From Octopus vulgaris (Eukaryota): 64,000 nt of DNA. The notes under the pieces are model-generated. The model saw only the letters and a list, made by a program, of their open reading frames with translations. It was not told where the DNA came from and searched no databases. This document shows, piece by piece, positions 41,979 to 54,990 of this stretch (position 1 is its first letter; each line of letters begins with the position of its first letter). The stretch covers positions 175,708,001 to 175,772,000 of the forward strand of contig OX597816.1 in the NCBI GenBank assembly GCA_951406725.2, given 5' to 3'. The translations under genes and the position numbers were made by a program.

Positions 41979-42822
41979 TAGCAGAGATGCTCAGGATTAA
42001 AATGGCATAGTTTTTTGATTGTTTTACATGTTTCAGTGATGTAACAGCGGCCATGCCATAGCACAAACTTTCATCGAAAAAATCGACCACAGAATTTATT
42101 CTTTGTAAGCCTAGTACTTATTCTATCAGTGCCTTTTGCCGAACCACTAAGTTATGGGAACAGAAACACAGCAGCAATGGTTGTCAAGCAATGGGGGGGG
42201 GGGTACAAACAGAGACAAACACATATATATATAAATACATATATGAGAGGGAATCCACTAATAGTGAGTTCCCTTACGCTAGCCACTAAAAGCTGTCCTC
42301 AATAAAAAATTTAGCAGACCATGAATGTAAGCGGGCAGGACAAATGTAAAATAACAAAAATATAGATTAACCCTATACAATTGTTTCACTGTTAATAAAT
42401 TATGCAATTTTACTTACACAATTAATTCGCAGATCGTCAGTAGAGCCTATCAAGAATATAATTTGTCGAACTGCACGCCATATATTAACACGAGGCCAAA
42501 AATGCGAGCAGTACGGCCTATTACATTCATAGTTATATTCAAATGCCCTCGTCCAGTGTGCAAAATTTCTGGGAATAAATACCGCATAAGACAATTCACT
42601 GCAGTAGTTAACGCCGGATTGAGAACAATATTAATTAAGAATTAAAATCAAAATGAGGGTGAAAAATTGTATATTAATTTTATAATATCAGTTTAACACC
42701 AATGGTTTAGCACATAAAAAACTGAGATTCAGTAAATATTATTAATACATATATGAGAGGGAATCCACGAAAAGTGAGCTCAGTTTTTTATGCGCTAAAC
42801 CATTGGTGTTAAACAGATATTA
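41978..42822 (-). mobile_element. Probable Helitron-like composite repeat containing a SINE fragment
   Basis: Starts actagcagagatg directly after a (TA)n run (CTAGT on the minus strand); CORE-like SINE piece at ~42045-42220. The subterminal hairpin is not intact. Confidence 0.45.
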
Positions 42823-42829
42823 TTAAATA

Positions 42830-43278
42830 CATTTATATACATATATATGAATATATATATATATACATACATATATATGAATATATATATATATATACAT
42901 ACATATATATGAATATATATATATATATACATATAAATGAATATACATATATATATATATACACACAAATATATTTATATATAAATACATATATATATGA
43001 ATATATATGAGTATGTATATGTATATATTTATATGTGTGTGTGTGTGTATATATATATGTATGAATATATATATACATGAATATATATATATGAATACAT
43101 ATACATATATATACATGAAAAATATATAAATGAACATATAGATACATATATATATGAATATATATACTTGAATGCATATATGTGTGTATGTATATATATG
43201 TATATTAATTAATATATATATATATATATATATATGAATATTTATTATTATATATGAATATATAGTATTATATATCAA

Positions 43279-43317
<39 letters not shown>

Positions 43318-43425
43318 ATATATGAATATATATATATATACACACACACACATATTTATGAATATATATATATATATATTTACTAAGGTATATGAATATA
43401 TATATATAAATATATATAAATATGA
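42830..43425. repeat. Compound TA-rich microsatellite with recurring tatgaata
   Basis: Directly visible. Confidence 0.9.
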
Positions 43426-43429
43426 TGGT

Positions 43430-44640
43430 ATAGATTAGTTTTAGTATGGTTTAGAGCTATTAATAAATTCATTCAAATATATCCAGCTGCTATGCATTCA
43501 TCACCCCTATTCCTATAAGTAAGGCACTTTGTGATGAAGAACTCTAGTTTATCACGGAAGGAAGTTGATATATTAGAAGTTAGGAAAAGAATTATTGAAT
43601 TTGTAGGCAACACTAAGAAGTGATCTGAATTACAATTATAAGTATGGAGGCAAGTGACTTAGCACAAGTGACAGATTTTACAATGCTTATTTAAGCTTTT
43701 CCTGAATTGGGATGATGGCTTATTTACAATCCATAATTGTAGCAATTACTAACTTTGAACAATATAAGAAAAATTTTCAATTTTTAAAAGTTTAGAAGTA
43801 TCTATCTCTACAGAGAAGTAACATAGTAAGATAAACTTTTTTAGATGTAACCTAGACCTTAGTACTGGACTGATCACCCTTTTTACAAACCTTCGAAATT
43901 CAAATCCTCCTAGATCTGTTAAGGTGTCTCAATTAGAATTTCTAAGCTTTTCTAAGTTTTAGACAGTAAGAGAGGTATTATAACTTAGCCTTTGCAGGAT
44001 ATAAAGAAAATATTAAATACATCTCTAATAGTGATTTAAATAAGGATAAAAGTGTTAAACAGAGAATAAATAAACTTTTTAATTACTACCATAACAATAG
44101 TTTGATGAATTCTAGGACATAGTATAAGGGCTATGATAGGAAATTTAATCACAACACTAGTGTTGTTAATAGAACAGACATTGGAAGGCCTCTGACCATG
44201 GAAAGAGGGAAAAGTTAAAGTGCATCAGGGTGAGTATGCTCAGAGTAAGATCAGTATGAATAAATATACAGGTAAATCTAGACTACCTTCAAAATATAAG
44301 AGGTATAATATAAACAATTGGCACAGTGAGGAAGCTAATGAGACAGGAATAGCTGTAGTCATCACAATAATGTTAAGTGCACAGTGACAAAAATATAACA
44401 GGAGAAGTAAACAAAATTGTAGTTCTAGGAAACACAGGGATAGTTGTGTGGTATAATGCAGCATACAGGTTGCAAGCAAGAAAATTCTTCATGGTCTTGG
44501 AGAAATACTTCCCACCATCAAGTTGATATGGGAAATTGTTTAATAAGAATTCAGTTAAGTTTGCATATTCAATCACTAGTACCAAGTGCAAATCATAACT
44601 TCCCAGAATGCTTGAAAAGTAAGAGAGTTCATGTATGATG
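43430..44640 (+). mobile_element. Decayed Penelope RT and linker remnant
   Basis: WDDGL near 43708, frameshifted (N)FLDVT.DLSTG near 43835-43870, and LEKYFPPSS*YGKLFNKNSVKFAYS near 44497-44572 (cf. KHFP...KIFNRNTVKVSYS). Confidence 0.7.
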
Positions 44641-45870
44641 ATTTAGCATTAAATGATAATCAAGGAGAGCAAGATGAAGGAAAGCTTTAGGTGAGAATAA
44701 CTCAGGAGAACAAAGTTAGTTATGAAGCATAGATTCAATGGAAAGAAGATAAAGGCAATGGATACATGGGCTGTCTCCTTAATGTGATATGGTGCAGGTG
44801 TCATTAGCTGGACAAAGAACAAGCTAGAGGAAATGGATAGAAAGATTAAATAAGTAATAAAATGAACAGGGAATTGTACCCTTAAAGTGATTTCAAAAGA
44901 TTGTATATGTCTCGAAACAAGGGAACAAGAGAACTCATAGGATACAAGAGCTGTGTTGCTAATGAAATTTGGAATGGTATGTCAAACACAGATTCAACCT
45001 TTGGTTGTTGTGATTAGAAATAGCAACACAATGTGACACAGCCAAAAGAGCGAACCACTGAAAGTGAAAGTGATGCATAGGCAATACCTCAAAGAAATGG
45101 AAGGGAAGGACACGACCGATTCTTAGAGGTGGCTGAAAGGATGCACTGAGGCATTGACTTACAGCACTAACGAACAAGCTTTGACAACTAATTACACCAA
45201 GTCCCAATATAAGAGTATTGGATTTCCTCTTTGTAAGATGAGTGGCATCAAAAATAAAAGTCTCCCATATTGTGAGTGAGTGTAGCACATTGGTTCCAAA
45301 GGAATACAAAATGAGGCATGAATATATAGCTAGGTATGTTCATTGGAGATTATGGGAGATGTATGGTCTTGAAAGGACATTGGAAAAGTATGAGCATAAG
45401 CCAGAAGGTGTCACCAAGAAAAAAGAGTATAAGATTTTGTGGGATTTTGAATTCAGTATGATTCAGTGACTGATACTCGAAGAGCAGACGTAGTTGTTAA
45501 AATGACAAGGGAAGCCAAAATCATTGATATTGCCATACCTGGTGATGTATGAGTGGAAGATAAAGAAGTGAAAAAGACTGATGTAGAAGCCACGAAAAGA
45601 TGAGATGTGAGCAACGAAGAAAGTAACTGTCATCCCAGTAGTTTTAGGGACACAAGGAGCATTAACAACCATGTTGAAGAAATTGGAATTGACATGAGGA
45701 TAGAACATATTCAAAAAACTACTTTATTGGGGACAGTGAGGATTTTGAGACTGGTACTTGTTGAGTATTATAGAAAAATACCCTGTGAGATCCTTGACAA
45801 CAGGTTGTTGTTTGCTCTTACAGAATTAGCCAGAGCAAGCGAAAGCTCTGAGAAGTGTAATATACAATAA
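44640..45870 (+). mobile_element. Decayed R4/Dong-type LINE ending in (AAT/AAC)n
   Basis: SHIVSECSTLVPKEYKMRHEYIARYVHW...YEHKPEGV...ILWDF and IEHIQKTTLLGTVRILRLVL. Confidence 0.85.
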
Positions 45871-45924
45871 CAACAGTAATAATAACAATAATAGTAATTA
45901 TAATGACAACAATAACAATAATAT

Positions 45925-46462
45925 TGGTTTCAAATTTTGGCACAAGGCAGGCAATTTCAGGGAGGAGGTAAGTCAATTACATCTACCCCTGTACTCAACT
46001 GGTACTTATTTTACCAACCCTGAAAGGAGGTACAGTTGACCTTGGCAGAATTTGAACTCAGAATGTAAAGGCAGACGAAATGCTGCTCAGCATTTTGCCT
46101 GACATTCTAAGGATTCTGCCATCTCACTGCCTTAAGAATAATATTAGTGGTAGTAACAATGTTAATTTTAATAGAAATAATATGAATAACAATATGTAAA
46201 ATACAACTCTTAATAATAGGTGTAATAATAACAGAAGTTGTAGAGTCAATAATAATAATTGTTTCTACTAAAGGCACAAGGCCTGAAATTTGGAGGGAGG
46301 GAACTAGTTGGTTACATCGACCCCAGTGTATGACTGGTACTTAATTTATTGACCACCAAAAGGATGAAAGGCAAAGTCGACCTTGGCAGAACTTGAACTC
46401 AGAATGTAGTGATGGGCAAAATACCGTTAAGCATTCTGTCCAATGTACTAACGATTCTGCCT
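45925..46462 (-). mobile_element. Two Meta-domain-like SINE copies (45925-46135 and 46260-46462)
   Basis: Minus strand gcctttcatcctttt..ggtcaataaattaagtaccag core with B-box gagttcaa. Confidence 0.75.
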
Positions 46463-48243
46463 TATTGATAAAAATAGCAATATTAACGGAATCTTCCCTC
46501 AAAGACAATGTTCAGTTTTTGCTGAATGACCTGCACAAAGGATTTGTTTATAGTGATCAAATGTATGTGATGTGACATTAGCTCTCTCCATCAAATTGAC
46601 ATTGCCTATACAGGAGTAAAAGTGTGCCACATTGTCAGATGTTGAAATAATCACAGAGCAATGTGAAGTGAAGTGTTTTGCTCAAGAACACAACACATCG
46701 CTCAGTCCAGGCATCAAATCCATGATCTAGTAATTGCGAGTGCAATACCAAAACCACTAGGCCATGAGGTTTTGATAATAGTAATGATAATAATAACAGT
46801 AGTCACAATGTTAAAAGTAATTGTAATAATAATAATTCTAATCTTGGAGACCCTAAAAAATGTCTATTAGATAGACAATGCCTTAGGAGAAAACTAGTTT
46901 ACAGATACTCAGTAGATACAGGTAAACTAATTTATCATTGCATAAGTTCTTGTATAAACAGTTTCAAATCTTGGTTATATAACATCTCTTCTTTTAAATA
47001 TAAGAATATGGAAATGAGCTCATTTAGTTTATTTGCAAACTAAAACATAGTAACACAAAATATGATATCAAATGGTCAATATTAAGCAGCATGCTACCTC
47101 ATGATGTAGGAAAGGCAGCATATGACCTTTGCCTTGAACAATCACTGTTTATCCTTACATCAGAGTTTAATATTTTGAACAAGAGACATGAGCTTGTATT
47201 AAAATGTAAGGATTTACTGTAAAAACCTTCAAACCATTCCCTTGAAAATTATTCATTTGGAACATCTGGAAATGATAATTTCTACTTGCCTAGCTGGTTC
47301 AATATTTTAGTGTTAGAAATATATTTAATTAAAATTTATTTAGAAATGTTTCTCTACTCATTCTTCTGACATTACTTTATAAGGAGATATTCAATTTCAA
47401 TTTCCTCTTTCTCTTATATTTGATCTTTTGTATTAATTTCCTTTACCATTGTCTGTTAGGAGCTATATTTCTAGTTTTCTTCCTCTTACTATATTGTATC
47501 AAGTTTTACCACCTTTATTAGTTACTGAAAGCTAATTACCTTCAGCAAGTCCTCAGTCTGTCTACTGTTTTTTGTATAACTTATAACTCCTTCCTTCCAC
47601 TAGCATTTCAAAATCTAGTAGTAAACCTCAATATATAATACACTCTTTTTTGATATACATACCAACTCTAAAAGAGGCAAAGTATCAAATTTCATTCTTT
47701 TTCATAATCATATCTACTATTCTTTGATTCTTGCTGTTACTACCATTCCCGTCCCCTGTTTTGCCAGTGTAGTACTGGTCGGTCAGTTACTTGCTTAAAA
47801 TGGATGACCTAGTTTTCATATAATACCATCTTGAACAAACTCCTTTCTGTTAGAATAAGGGAAGGTGATTGTCCTCTATTTTTCAGATGGTTGACCATGG
47901 ATCAATCAATGGAACTAAATCCTTGCAATACTTCGTGTAACATTTGTAAGCCTTCAATAAATGAATAAAATCCAATATCTGTGTGTACTGTTAATACAAT
48001 ATATATGTATTCACTGGCCAAAGTCCATCAGTGAGACATGAAATGACAGAAACTTGGATTCGTGGAGTGTTTTTTTTTTAATGTTTAATTCATTCATATA
48101 TTCTAATGATGAAAACAGTTGTTTTAATATGATGTAATAACTCTATTCATCAAAAAAAAAAAACACATCTGAAACAGCTGTATTGAGTGAACCACTATTT
48201 ATCTGTCATTATTTGCTTATTATATATATATATATTATACACA

Positions 48244-49070
48244 CAGGGTGTTTCAAAAAATTTGATATCATTTTGCAATCTAATAACTTTGCCAGTTCTT
48301 GTTCAAATGACTTCAAACTTTAACAGTATGTGTAGAATAGGTCAAAATTTTATGTTTAACGTTTGATATGTATATCTTTTCAGGGTATAGCAATGGCATT
48401 CACTGGAAGAGAAAAGGCATTGTGCAGTGTGCATTTGTGAGAGTTCTCAAAAAGTCACCAACTGCACTGCAGATTTGGACATGGCACAAAAAATTCAAAG
48501 AGGAAGGCTGTCTGTGCAGAGCAAAAAAATCTAAACAACCACTAACATTGGAAGAGATAGTCCACCCCAAGAAGTCCTTAACAAGAACAAGTCCGCAAAC
48601 CCAGATTCCTCCAACAAGAGTTTACCATGTCCTGAGGAAACACTTGCTAGTGAAACCTTACAAGCTGCAGCTCATTCAGGCCATAATGGCAGATGACAAG
48701 CGAGAGTACAAACAAGGGGTTATGTGAAGGGCCTGGTCTATGTCCCCCCCCCCCCATCTTCCTGCCAACCTCGAGGAACTCGAGCAGAGAATCACTACCG
48801 CACTGGAGACTGTTACCCAAGACATGCTGCAGCGTGTTTGGGAAGAGCTGGACTACTGGCTTGACATGTGCCATGTCCCAGGCAGTGTGCAATATTGAAT
48901 ATTTGTGAAATCGTTCATGGAATCCACAGACCTTTGAGTTTCTCATTCAAAGTTGGAAAAATGAATCTTATGTTGCTCAACACTAATCCTGTTCAGTCGC
49001 ATTTGCTTTGACTTTGTAGTTTCTGTGATACTTACATCTCAAATGATATCAAAGTTTTTGAAACACCCTG
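48244..49070 (+). mobile_element. Internally deleted Tc1/mariner-superfamily transposon with intact TIRs
   Basis: TIRs cagggtgtttcaaaaaatttgatatcattt / aaatgatatcaaagtttttgaaacaccctg+TA. Coding remnants WHKKFKEEGCL, LRKHLLVKPYKLQL and LEQRITTALETVTQDMLQRVWEEL. Confidence 0.88.
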
Positions 49071-49084
49071 TATATCTGTATTGT

Positions 49085-49124
<40 letters not shown>

Positions 49125-50374
49125 CTGAATATATGTATATAAATATATGTGTATATGTGTGAGTGTATGTGTGTGTGTATATATATATATAAAGGGAGTA
49201 CTTTTGGTGAAAAATTGTGCAATTTGCTTTAAAGAGATTTGTTATGTAAGGCTGGAATAATGTGAGAAGAAAATTACAAGAATGTATATACATACACACA
49301 CACATATATGTGGATGTACATGAATGTGTATGTGTGTATGTGTATACAAGAATATATATATATATATTCAAGGTCGAAGAGTTTTATTATCAGACTCTTG
49401 TGGTAAATAATACAGTAATTTTACGGTCTAACCTAACCTCCACTTTTATGTGGAGAGATAAATGTTACCTTTTTGTATTGATACTGTTTCTGTCTCTATT
49501 AATTATCTTTTAATAAGTCCAGTGCTTGAAAGACACTAATGACTATATATATTGCTGATGGAAAATTACAAAAAGAAAATAAAAAAGTTGTACAACTGCA
49601 GCAAGGAAAGATGTTTATAAGCCATAAAAAAAACACACACAAAAAAAAAAAAACTGTTAGATTCACTTCAACATTTAAATTTAATTTGTCAAAATATTTT
49701 CATTGCTTTTAGTCTGCAACCTGTTCACTGACAAAATTCCGTGCTGCATCTGAGAAAGTAACAGTTAGTTCATGATATGTATGTATATGTGCAACTATGT
49801 GTGTATACATGTGTGCATGCCTATACGCATGTTTGTATGTACTTATGTATACGAGTATTTAGGTGTGTAAGTGTGTAGACATGTCTGTGTGTGTGTGTGT
49901 GTGTGTGTGAATATGTGTATGTTTATGTACTGATATGTGTGTCTGTTCAATTTGTATATATGACTGTTACTCTGTCGAAGGTTTTATACATATAAATATG
50001 TACATGTGTGTGTCCCTCTCACCACTGTCTAATGGTGAATAGATACAATGTCGTAGACATATACATGCAAATATAAACCTACCTACACATATGTACAAGC
50101 ACACACAATCATATAAACACATATACACACTCACATTTATACGTATAATCTTAAAGTATACACATATATATGCTTATCCATCTACACTATATGTCACTAT
50201 TTTCACAGACAATGGTTAAAATTCCCAAAAACTTTTTTTAATACAGAGACATGAACATATATATGTGTATATTATATATATATATATATATAATATACAC
50301 ATATATCTATACACATACTCATACGTGCATGCATGTACACACTCATACACACATACGATTATATATATAAAAAA

Positions 50375-50930
50375 GCAGTTTACGTTATATTTTTATATTT
50401 CGGCACTATGACCCCTTCTTCAGGACATATGGAAAAGCAAGGGATAGAAAAGGTCATTGCTCAGATGTGTAGGGAAGGAGGAAGATGACAGGTGCAGACC
50501 ACAAGCATTGCTATAGTAACCACTCTGTCCCATGTTACTCCTTCCTGTTGTTCATGGTTGATCTTAGTTTGTTGACCTCCATAATTCTGAGATTAGCTCT
50601 GTTGCATTGAATGGCCTTGATGGATAGCTTGAAATTCTGGGTCTGGTACTTCTTTAGGTGTCTTTTGATTGAAGTGTCTGTGCACATATGTTCTTCAAAT
50701 GTGCAATTTCTTGGTGGTGTTCTCAGTGGGGAATCTTATATTGGGAGTATCACTTGAAAACTGCACATTCAAACAAAGCAGACTGGTTACTATAGCAATG
50801 CCAGTCTGTACATGTCACCTTCCTCTTTCTTTACACATCTGAGCAATGACCTTTCCCATCCCTTGCTTTCCCAAATGCCCTGAAGGAATCATAATCCTGA
50901 AATATAAGGTAAACTACAACTTTGCTTTGT
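50375..50930 (-). mobile_element. Penelope-like fragment: GIY-YIG C-terminus between inverted pLTRs
   Basis: Minus strand EEHM..TSIKRHLKK...NLRIMEV.KLRSTMNNRKE*; plus strand ESYIGSIT*KLHI near 50730. ~50375-50525 is inverted at ~50780-50920; CTGAAGA...GAAA at 50423-50398. Confidence 0.7.
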
Positions 50931-51408
50931 TTTCTTATTGTAGTTTACTTTATATCTTTTTGCATTGTTCCAGCCTTACACAACAAATCACTTTAATATA
51001 TGTATATATGCCTATATCTATATATATATATATGTATGTATACATAGCTGATATCAAGAATTTAAAAAAAATTTTGGGAGAAACATAAAATAATTCTTCT
51101 TTGGAATGGCATCTCTGAAAGCATTCATATAAAACAATAGCATGTAAAATCCATTCATATAGGAAATGTTGAAGGCTGCCCTGTGCAACTGAAGTTTACA
51201 TGAGCAAGCTGATTTGGAAAAGACAGAGAACAATCAATGAACGATAATGGACTGCTCATCAATTATTGGCAATTTATGATGAATATTGAAAATTTCATAA
51301 ACCATCTTTGAAATAAGTTATGGTCTGCCTGGTGGTTTCTTTTGGCTACGATGTACTTTGTAAAAAGTGGACAGGAGGAAACAAATTCATACAGTTTCTA
51401 GAGAGACT

Positions 51409-51813
51409 TACTTTTTTACTCTTTTACTTGTTTCAGTCATTTGACTGCAGCCATGCTGGAGCACCGCCTTTAGTCGGGCAAATCGACCCCGGGACTTATT
51501 CTTTGTAAGCCTAGTACTTATTCTATCGGTCTCTCTTTTGCCGAACCGCTAAGTGACGGGGACGTAGACACACCAGCATCGATTGTCAAGCAATGCTAGG
51601 GAGACAAACACACATACATAATACATATATATATATATATACATATATACGACAGGCTTCTTTCAGTTTCCGTCTACCAAATCCACTCACAAGGCATTGG
51701 TCGGCCTGGGGCTATAGTAGAAGACACTTGCCCAAGGTGCCACGCAGTGGGACTGAACCCGGAACCATGTGGTTGGTTAGCAAGCTACTTACCACACAGC
51801 CACTCCTGCGCCT
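51409..51813 (-). mobile_element. tRNA-derived CORE-like SINE, full length
   Basis: Same family as 7675-8063. Confidence 0.88.
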
Positions 51814-52047
51814 TATGATGAAATTTTTCAAGTAAACATGTGAAACATTTTTTGACCCATTAATATAAGTTGTAGTCTTAGAAAAGATCTCCCAGTTGAT
51901 GTTGTAGTAAAAGTTTGCATCCTTAAACCACTGGATTAGTGCCAAGAGGTTGATATATGACTCTTCTCAGGCTACCTGGAGGTAGAATGATGGTTAATGT
52001 ATTTGGAGATGAGTTTTTGTTCCAGGGAGCCTACATGTCTGGGTAAG

Positions 52048-52096
<49 letters not shown>

Positions 52097-52576
52097 CACA
52101 CACATATAACACAAAGGAGCACACAGATGCAAAAACAAGGTGAAAAAATAGTACTTGAATACCAAAGGTAAGGTAATAGGCTCTCTCTCTCATATCTCTC
52201 TCTCTCTCTATATATATATATACACACACACACACAAGTATATATATACATACATATATTATAAATAGGTGTGTGTATTTTTCCCTTGTTAACAATGTTG
52301 TTCAGGCACTGGTGTCACAGATAGCTGGTGGACTTACCAAAAGATCATTAATAGCGACAGAAACAATATCAATACAAAAAGGTAACATTTATCTCTCCAC
52401 ATAAAAGTGGAGGTTAGGTTAGAACGTATTATTTACCACAAGAGTTTGATAAGTGCTATAAAACTCCTGGACTTCAAGTCATTCTGTTGCTTCTGCTAAA
52501 GATTAATAAAAATATATGTGTATGTGTGTGTCTATTCTTGTATATACGCACACATGCACACATATTCACGTATATC

Positions 52577-52637
<61 letters not shown>

Positions 52638-52761
52638 ACATTCTTGTAATTCCTGTATGTATATATATATATATATATAAAATGTATATCTGTCTATATA
52701 ATATGTATGTATATATGTCTGTTTGTATGTATATATATATTGTCTTTTTTTTCTCCTGAAG

Positions 52762-53124
52762 TTGTTTCAGTTGTTAAACTGTGGCCATGCTGGGGCACCA
52801 TATTGAGGAATTTTAGTTGACTGAATCAACACCAGTACCTAATTTTTTTTGTAAGCCTGGTACTTATTCTATCAGTCTCTTTTGCCAGACCACTAAGTTA
52901 TGGGGATGTAAACACACCAATACTGGTTGTCAGACAGTAGGATATCACAAGCACAGACACACAATGGGTTTCTCTCAGTTTCTGTCTACCAGATTCACTT
53001 GCAATGCTTTGGTTGGCCTGAGGCTATAGTAGAAGACACTTGCCCAAGGAGTCATGCAGTGGGACTGAACCTGGAGTCATCTGGTTAAGAAGAAAACTTC
53101 TTATCACACAGCCACGCCTGTGCC
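52762..53124 (-). mobile_element. Older diverged copy of the CORE-like SINE
   Basis: gaggctatagtagaagacacttgcccaagg...gggactgaacc. Confidence 0.75.
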
Positions 53125-53129
53125 TTATG

Positions 53130-53407
53130 TATCAAAACAGGAGATTGGAAAAATGTTTGGTATTAATTATTCCCCCATTACATGTATTTCATTTTCTAAT
53201 AGGAGTTACAAAGCTGTACATGCACAAGAAACATGTATGATATCTCCTATTAAAAATTCTTCAGACAGAGAATCTATCTGAAGAATTTTTAATAATTGAT
53301 ATTTTGCATGCTTCTTCTACATGTACAACTTTGTAACTCCTATTATAAAATGAAATACATGTGATGGGAAATAATGTCAAACATTTTTCCATTCTCCCAT
53401 TTTGATA
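53130..53407. other. Foldback of two head-to-head hammerhead-containing repeats
   Basis: 53130-53269 is the imperfect reverse complement of 53273-53407; each arm has CTGAAGA...GAAATACATGT. Confidence 0.8.
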
Positions 53408-54035
53408 TGTAATTACTCTGCGAAAACTTTTTTCAGGATATTTCAACTCATACATACCTCACTCAGGTACAACAACTACATACAATTTTTGCAGTACTGG
53501 AATATGCAGATGTGTTTCATGAGGACACTGCTTGGAGTATAACCCTATTGATAGATAAATAAACAGAAAGACAGACCAATAGATAGAGATATATACACAC
53601 AAACAGTGAAGGCTTGTGTCCAAATAGTTGTTGCACTTGTGGTTGCAAGCTCATGATTTCTTTTTTCCTGGACCAGGTGGGGCATTGTACTCAGGAATTG
53701 AAACCACAATATCGTGATTGTGTGTGCAACACTAGGTCATGCACCTTTACATATGAGTGTATAGGTACACACACACACACATATATAGTTATCAATCTCC
53801 CTCTCTCTGAAATATTATATATATAATCAAAATAAGCAAAATAATCAAAATAAGAATGTTTGCATTCTTCAATTAAATGGAGTCGCATGAAACGATCGTA
53901 CTGCATTACCTCTGGATATCCTTGTTGCTTATTTTGATTATAATCACCCCATTTTGAATTATATGGATAATACCATACTAAATTCTGGTACCTGTAACTT
54001 AAGTACCATATTCATCTGAATCTAAATTTTACTGA

Positions 54036-54067
<32 letters not shown>

Positions 54068-54179
54068 AGTTATCTTTAAATCTATATACATATCTATATA
54101 TATACACACACACACTTATAAATCTATGCATACATATACTTTATATATCTATGCATATACACAATATATACACACAAAC

Positions 54180-54990
54180 ACAATGGTGTTCAGGCAAAAT
54201 TTGGCAATTTTTAATGACTCTTCTATCAAGGACTGATTGATGTACTGGTGAATAGTCAATGGCATTAGAGAGCATGAAGATTAAAGTTGTAGCTGAGGAA
54301 AAGTTAGCTAACATGGAGGGCTGAAAGCTATCTGAATAATGGAAAAGAGTTACCTGTATCATGATGATTCATGCCAGGTATCAAAATGGTGGCATCATGA
54401 CTGCTGCTTTATGCTCTGTAAACACCATAAAGGCTGCAAGATGTGACATGGAGATCATGAAAACCAAGAACCCCTAAACTGTGATGGTCTTTCGATATAT
54501 CTCCTGTGACGGTGATGTTATGCAACCCTACATTTTTTAACAAGGCCTTAGACTCAATTCAGGTGGATATGTGTAGCAACTGGAGACTGTGGTCAAACCT
54601 TGGCTGGAGAAGATTTCTGCTGGAAGGCTAACAAGATTCAGCTCCAAGCCAGACCTCTGGCAAGAGTCAGAAGTAATTGTTGGAGAATTTCTATGACTTC
54701 AGCAGCCTCAATTTCTGGTCTCCTAATTCTCTTGATTGTAATGTTGGGCATGGTTGAGAAATATACCAACCACTCTACTTGCAACACAAAGGCCAAACTG
54801 GCGGCCAAGAGCAAAATGTTTGCAAATCTCAGAGACAGAGTGAAGAATGCATGCACCAGGTTCTGGAGCTATCTTGAAGTTGTGGTGGAAGGTGAGGACA
54901 GCTATTTTGAGTAAACTGTCACCTCCCAGCCATAATCTAGTTGATATATTTTGATTAAAAAATTTTTTTCATTATATGCAAAATGGCCTG
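54180..54990 (+). mobile_element. Decayed Tc1/mariner-superfamily remnant
   Basis: C-terminal VKNACTRFWSYLEVVVEGEDSYFE, with VMVF..ISCDGDVMQP.FF and SPNS.DC-like motifs upstream. Confidence 0.65.

Larger units (their letters stand above)
49369..52478. repeat. Inverted pair of ~160-bp repeats at 49369-49530 and 52305-52478
   Basis: ctaacctaacctccacttttatgtggagagataaatgttacctttttgtattgat and its exact reverse complement. Confidence 0.85.

Noticed and set aside
46900-47900. Purine-rich minus-strand stretch that looks like a decayed ORF
   Set aside because: Multiple stops and no recognisable motif; a GHPF-like match near 47800 is followed immediately by a stop, so it is not the PDZ3 exon.
49685-49740. 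Minus-strand tttgtca...GTTGC/GCAAT-GAAA...tgacaaa three-stem pattern
   Set aside because: The first core strand reads GUGAACA rather than CUGANGA; it cannot be called a ribozyme without a family consensus.
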